From an uncultured Porphyromonadaceae bacterium (GTDB taxonomy: Bacteria > Bacteroidota > Bacteroidia > Bacteroidales > UBA12481), in the NCBI GenBank assembly GCA_964444375.1, contig CAYUGX010000004.1, positions 1 through 44,363 on the forward strand: a DNA stretch of 44,363 nt, in the 5' to 3' direction. How positions within the stretch are numbered: the first letter of the stretch is position 1; every line of letters begins with the position of its first letter. The notes under the pieces are model-generated. The model was not told the origin of the DNA, did no database searches, and worked only from the letters and a program-made list of their open reading frames with translations. The position numbers were made by a program, and so were the translations under genes. Shown in pieces: positions 42,405 to 44,363 of this stretch.

Positions 42405-43859
42405 ATGAAAGAAATTATTGAATTTAGCAGCAGTCTGAGTTTTACTCTTGGGGATTCGATTTTAGAACTCAGCTATCTCGTAGCATCCATTCTTTTTGTT
42501 TTTGGATTGAAGATGCTCAGCCATCCCGATACCGCCCGACGAGGCAACTTCTTAGCCGCCATTGGCATGGGTATGGCCATTGTTTTTACTATTCTTTTTC
42601 ACAAATCAGATGGTGAGCCCATTGGTAATATTGGTTGGATTATAGCAGCTATTGCAGTTGGAACAGTCATTGGCTGGGTGATTGCAGTTAAAGTCAAGAT
42701 GACCGCCATGCCGCAACTGGTCTCCTTTTTTAACGGTATGGGAGGTGCGGCAGCCGCTTTGATTTCATTAATGGAGTTTCCTCACATCAGCGAAGAGCTC
42801 ATTGCTGAGCACGGCATGTTCAATGGATATGTGCTGGCAATTTTGCTTGGGTTAGTGATCGGAAGTGTTTCATTTGCCGGAAGTATGATTGCCTTTGGTA
42901 AACTGGATGGCTGGATCGGAGATATCCGGGCTAAATTTACCCGCTACCTGAATCTGGCATTTCTTGCCGGTATTGTGGCCTTTGTCGTGTATATCATGAG
43001 TCTCGGTCAGGTTGAGCTGCATGATATTAGTTACCTGGTTTATATCCTTCTTGGATTGTCTCTCCTCTACGGTGTGTTCTTTGTGATGCCTATTGGTGGA
43101 GCCGACATGCCAGTCGTTATTTCCCTTTTGAATTCATTCACCGGGGTAGCGGCGGCTATGGGTGGATTCTTGTATGACAACCAGGTTATGCTGACCGGAG
43201 GAATTCTGGTTGGTTCGGCTGGTACCATTCTCACCATTCTGATGTGTAAGGCCATGAACCGTTCTTTACTGAATGTGATTATTGGTGCATTTGGCGGAGG
43301 TGGAGCTGCAGCAGATAAAGAAGCTGGAGCCATTAAGGAGATCACCTTGAGTGATGCAGCCGTTTTACTGAGTTATTCGCAAAAAGTTGTTATTGTGCCG
43401 GGTTATGGTTTGGCCGTTGCGCAGGCACAACATATCTGCAATGAGATGGAGAAGCTATTAGAAGGTAAGGGCGTAGATGTTAAATACGCCATTCATCCGG
43501 TTGCCGGCCGAATGCCAGGTCATATGAATGTGCTGCTAGCTGAAGCGGATGTCCCATATGAGAAACTCATCGAATCAGACGAGATTAATCCAGATATGCC
43601 CAACACCGATGTGGTTGTTGTTATTGGAGCCAATGATGTAGTCAACCCAGCCGCAGAAGATGATCCAAGCTCACCAATATATGGTATGCCTGTCATCAAG
43701 GCCTGGGAAGCCAAGAATGTGATTGTCATGAAGCGTGGAATGGGTAAAGGCTATGCAGCCATCGAGAATTTCCTCTTCTTCAACGACAAAACCCGAATGT
43801 TGTTTGGTAACGCCAAAGACAGTATTCAGAGCTTGATTGGAGAGATAAAGAACCTGTAA
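42405..43859 (+). CDS. pntB: NAD(P) transhydrogenase beta subunit
   Basis: MTAMPQLV, IGGADMPVVISLLNS, VPGYGLAVAQAQH, HPVAGRMPGHMNVLLAEA, GANDVVNP. Confidence 0.96.
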   Translation: MKEIIEFSSSLSFTLGDSILELSYLVASILFVFGLKMLSHPDTARRGNFLAAIGMGMAIVFTILFHKSDGEPIGNIGWIIAAIAVGTVIGWVIAVKVKMTAMPQLVSFFNGMGGAAAALISLMEFPHISEELIAEHGMFNGYVLAILLGLVIGSVSFAGSMIAFGKLDGWIGDIRAKFTRYLNLAFLAGIVAFVVYIMSLGQVELHDISYLVYILLGLSLLYGVFFVMPIGGADMPVVISLLNSFTGVAAAMGGFLYDNQVMLTGGILVGSAGTILTILMCKAMNRSLLNVIIGAFGGGGAAADKEAGAIKEITLSDAAVLLSYSQKVVIVPGYGLAVAQAQHICNEMEKLLEGKGVDVKYAIHPVAGRMPGHMNVLLAEADVPYEKLIESDEINPDMPNTDVVVVIGANDVVNPAAEDDPSSPIYGMPVIKAWEAKNVIVMKRGMGKGYAAIENFLFFNDKTRMLFGNAKDSIQSLIGEIKNL

Positions 43860-43863
43860 AGAA

Positions 43864-43991
43864 GAGGCGAGTCGAAGCATAGCGTAGATCCCGATTTATC
43901 GGGAAGGCGAGAGGCAAGAGGCGAGAGACGAGAGGCGAGAGACGACGCAAAGGCTGAGGACTGAGGACTGAGGACTGAAAACTGAATAATG
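43864..43991. repeat. Two abutting heptamer tandem arrays (GAG[G/A]CGA and AGGACTG) with an embedded palindrome
   Basis: GAGGCGA/GAGGCAA/GAGACGA units at 43864-43945; AGGACTG x3 at 43957-43977 decaying to AAAACTG and AATAATG; TCCCGA-TTTA-TCGGGA at 43889-43904. Confidence 0.9.
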
Positions 43992-44005
43992 AAGACTAGG
44001 TATTT

Positions 44006-44363
44006 ATGGAACAATATGATGTTCTTTTGCTGTATCCGAAAGAGCGCTTAAATATTTTCGAAAACATTATTCCTCTTGGTTTGGCAACCATTGGTGCAGT
44101 GCTAGAGCAGAGTGGCATCAGTGTGAGAATTATTGACCTGACCACATATAAAGGCCATTGGGAAAAAGAGTTGATTACATGGAAACCAGCCGTTATTGGG
44201 ATCGGTGGAACCACAGCTACTTGCAAAGGGAGTTTTAAGATTGCTCGTACTGTCAAGCAGCACCTACCGGATGTACCCGTTGTATACGGAGGTGTTCATG
44301 CTTCTTTTACTGCTGAGGATACTTTGACTCATGTTCCTGAGATTGATTATGTGATTGTAGGTG
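44006..44363 (+). CDS. B12-binding domain of a probable cobalamin-dependent radical SAM protein (3'-truncated by the window)
   Basis: Manual translation MEQYDVLLLYP...PLGLATIGAVL...VRIID...PAVIGIG...PVVYGGVHAS...IDYVIVG; open to the window end; CxxxCxxC motif not yet reached. Confidence 0.85.
   Translation, partial: MEQYDVLLLYPKERLNIFENIIPLGLATIGAVLEQSGISVRIIDLTTYKGHWEKELITWKPAVIGIGGTTATCKGSFKIARTVKQHLPDVPVVYGGVHASFTAEDTLTHVPEIDYVIVG

Noticed and set aside
43864-43991. CRISPR array or intrinsic terminator
   Set aside because: The units are 7-nt tandem repeats without spacers, and the hairpin has no U-tract on either side.

Overview
This is a gene-dense, mostly housekeeping window from a Bacteroidota (Bacteroidales-like) chromosome. 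The taxon call is inferred from the gene families and from repeated TAnnTTTG -7 promoter boxes. Left arm (minus strand): zapB-like, zapA, a 6S RNA missed by the ORF track, rny, an AmgK-like kinase, a MurU-like nucleotidyltransferase broken by an in-frame TAA, and an AddA/UvrD-type helicase-nuclease. Middle: M23 and C69 peptidases, rplS, NfeD, an FMN-binding/Fe-S membrane protein, a probably PPi-dependent PFK, mqnA, purB, an MsbA-like ABC exporter, a B3/4 protein, a porin plus FMN-binding pair, two DUF2807 lipoproteins, HD and Nudix hydrolases, a GH2, an alpha/beta hydrolase and a LutA-like protein. Right arm: a methionine operon (aspartate kinase-metY-metX-hom-metH-metF), a three-gene transhydrogenase, a heptamer-repeat patch, and the 5' part of a B12-binding radical-SAM-type gene. 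The most interesting signal is upstream of the met operon. I see no recognisable SAM riboswitch there. Instead there is an unannotated 24-codon leader ORF (MDNTHTSAQLFIIAKMNSMIMPLG*) ending in a Met/Ile/Lys cluster, and its stop overlaps mutually exclusive RNA pairings followed by a pyrimidine-rich tract. This is a candidate methionine-sensing ribosome-mediated attenuator. No CRISPR array, rRNA, tRNA or transposase was seen.
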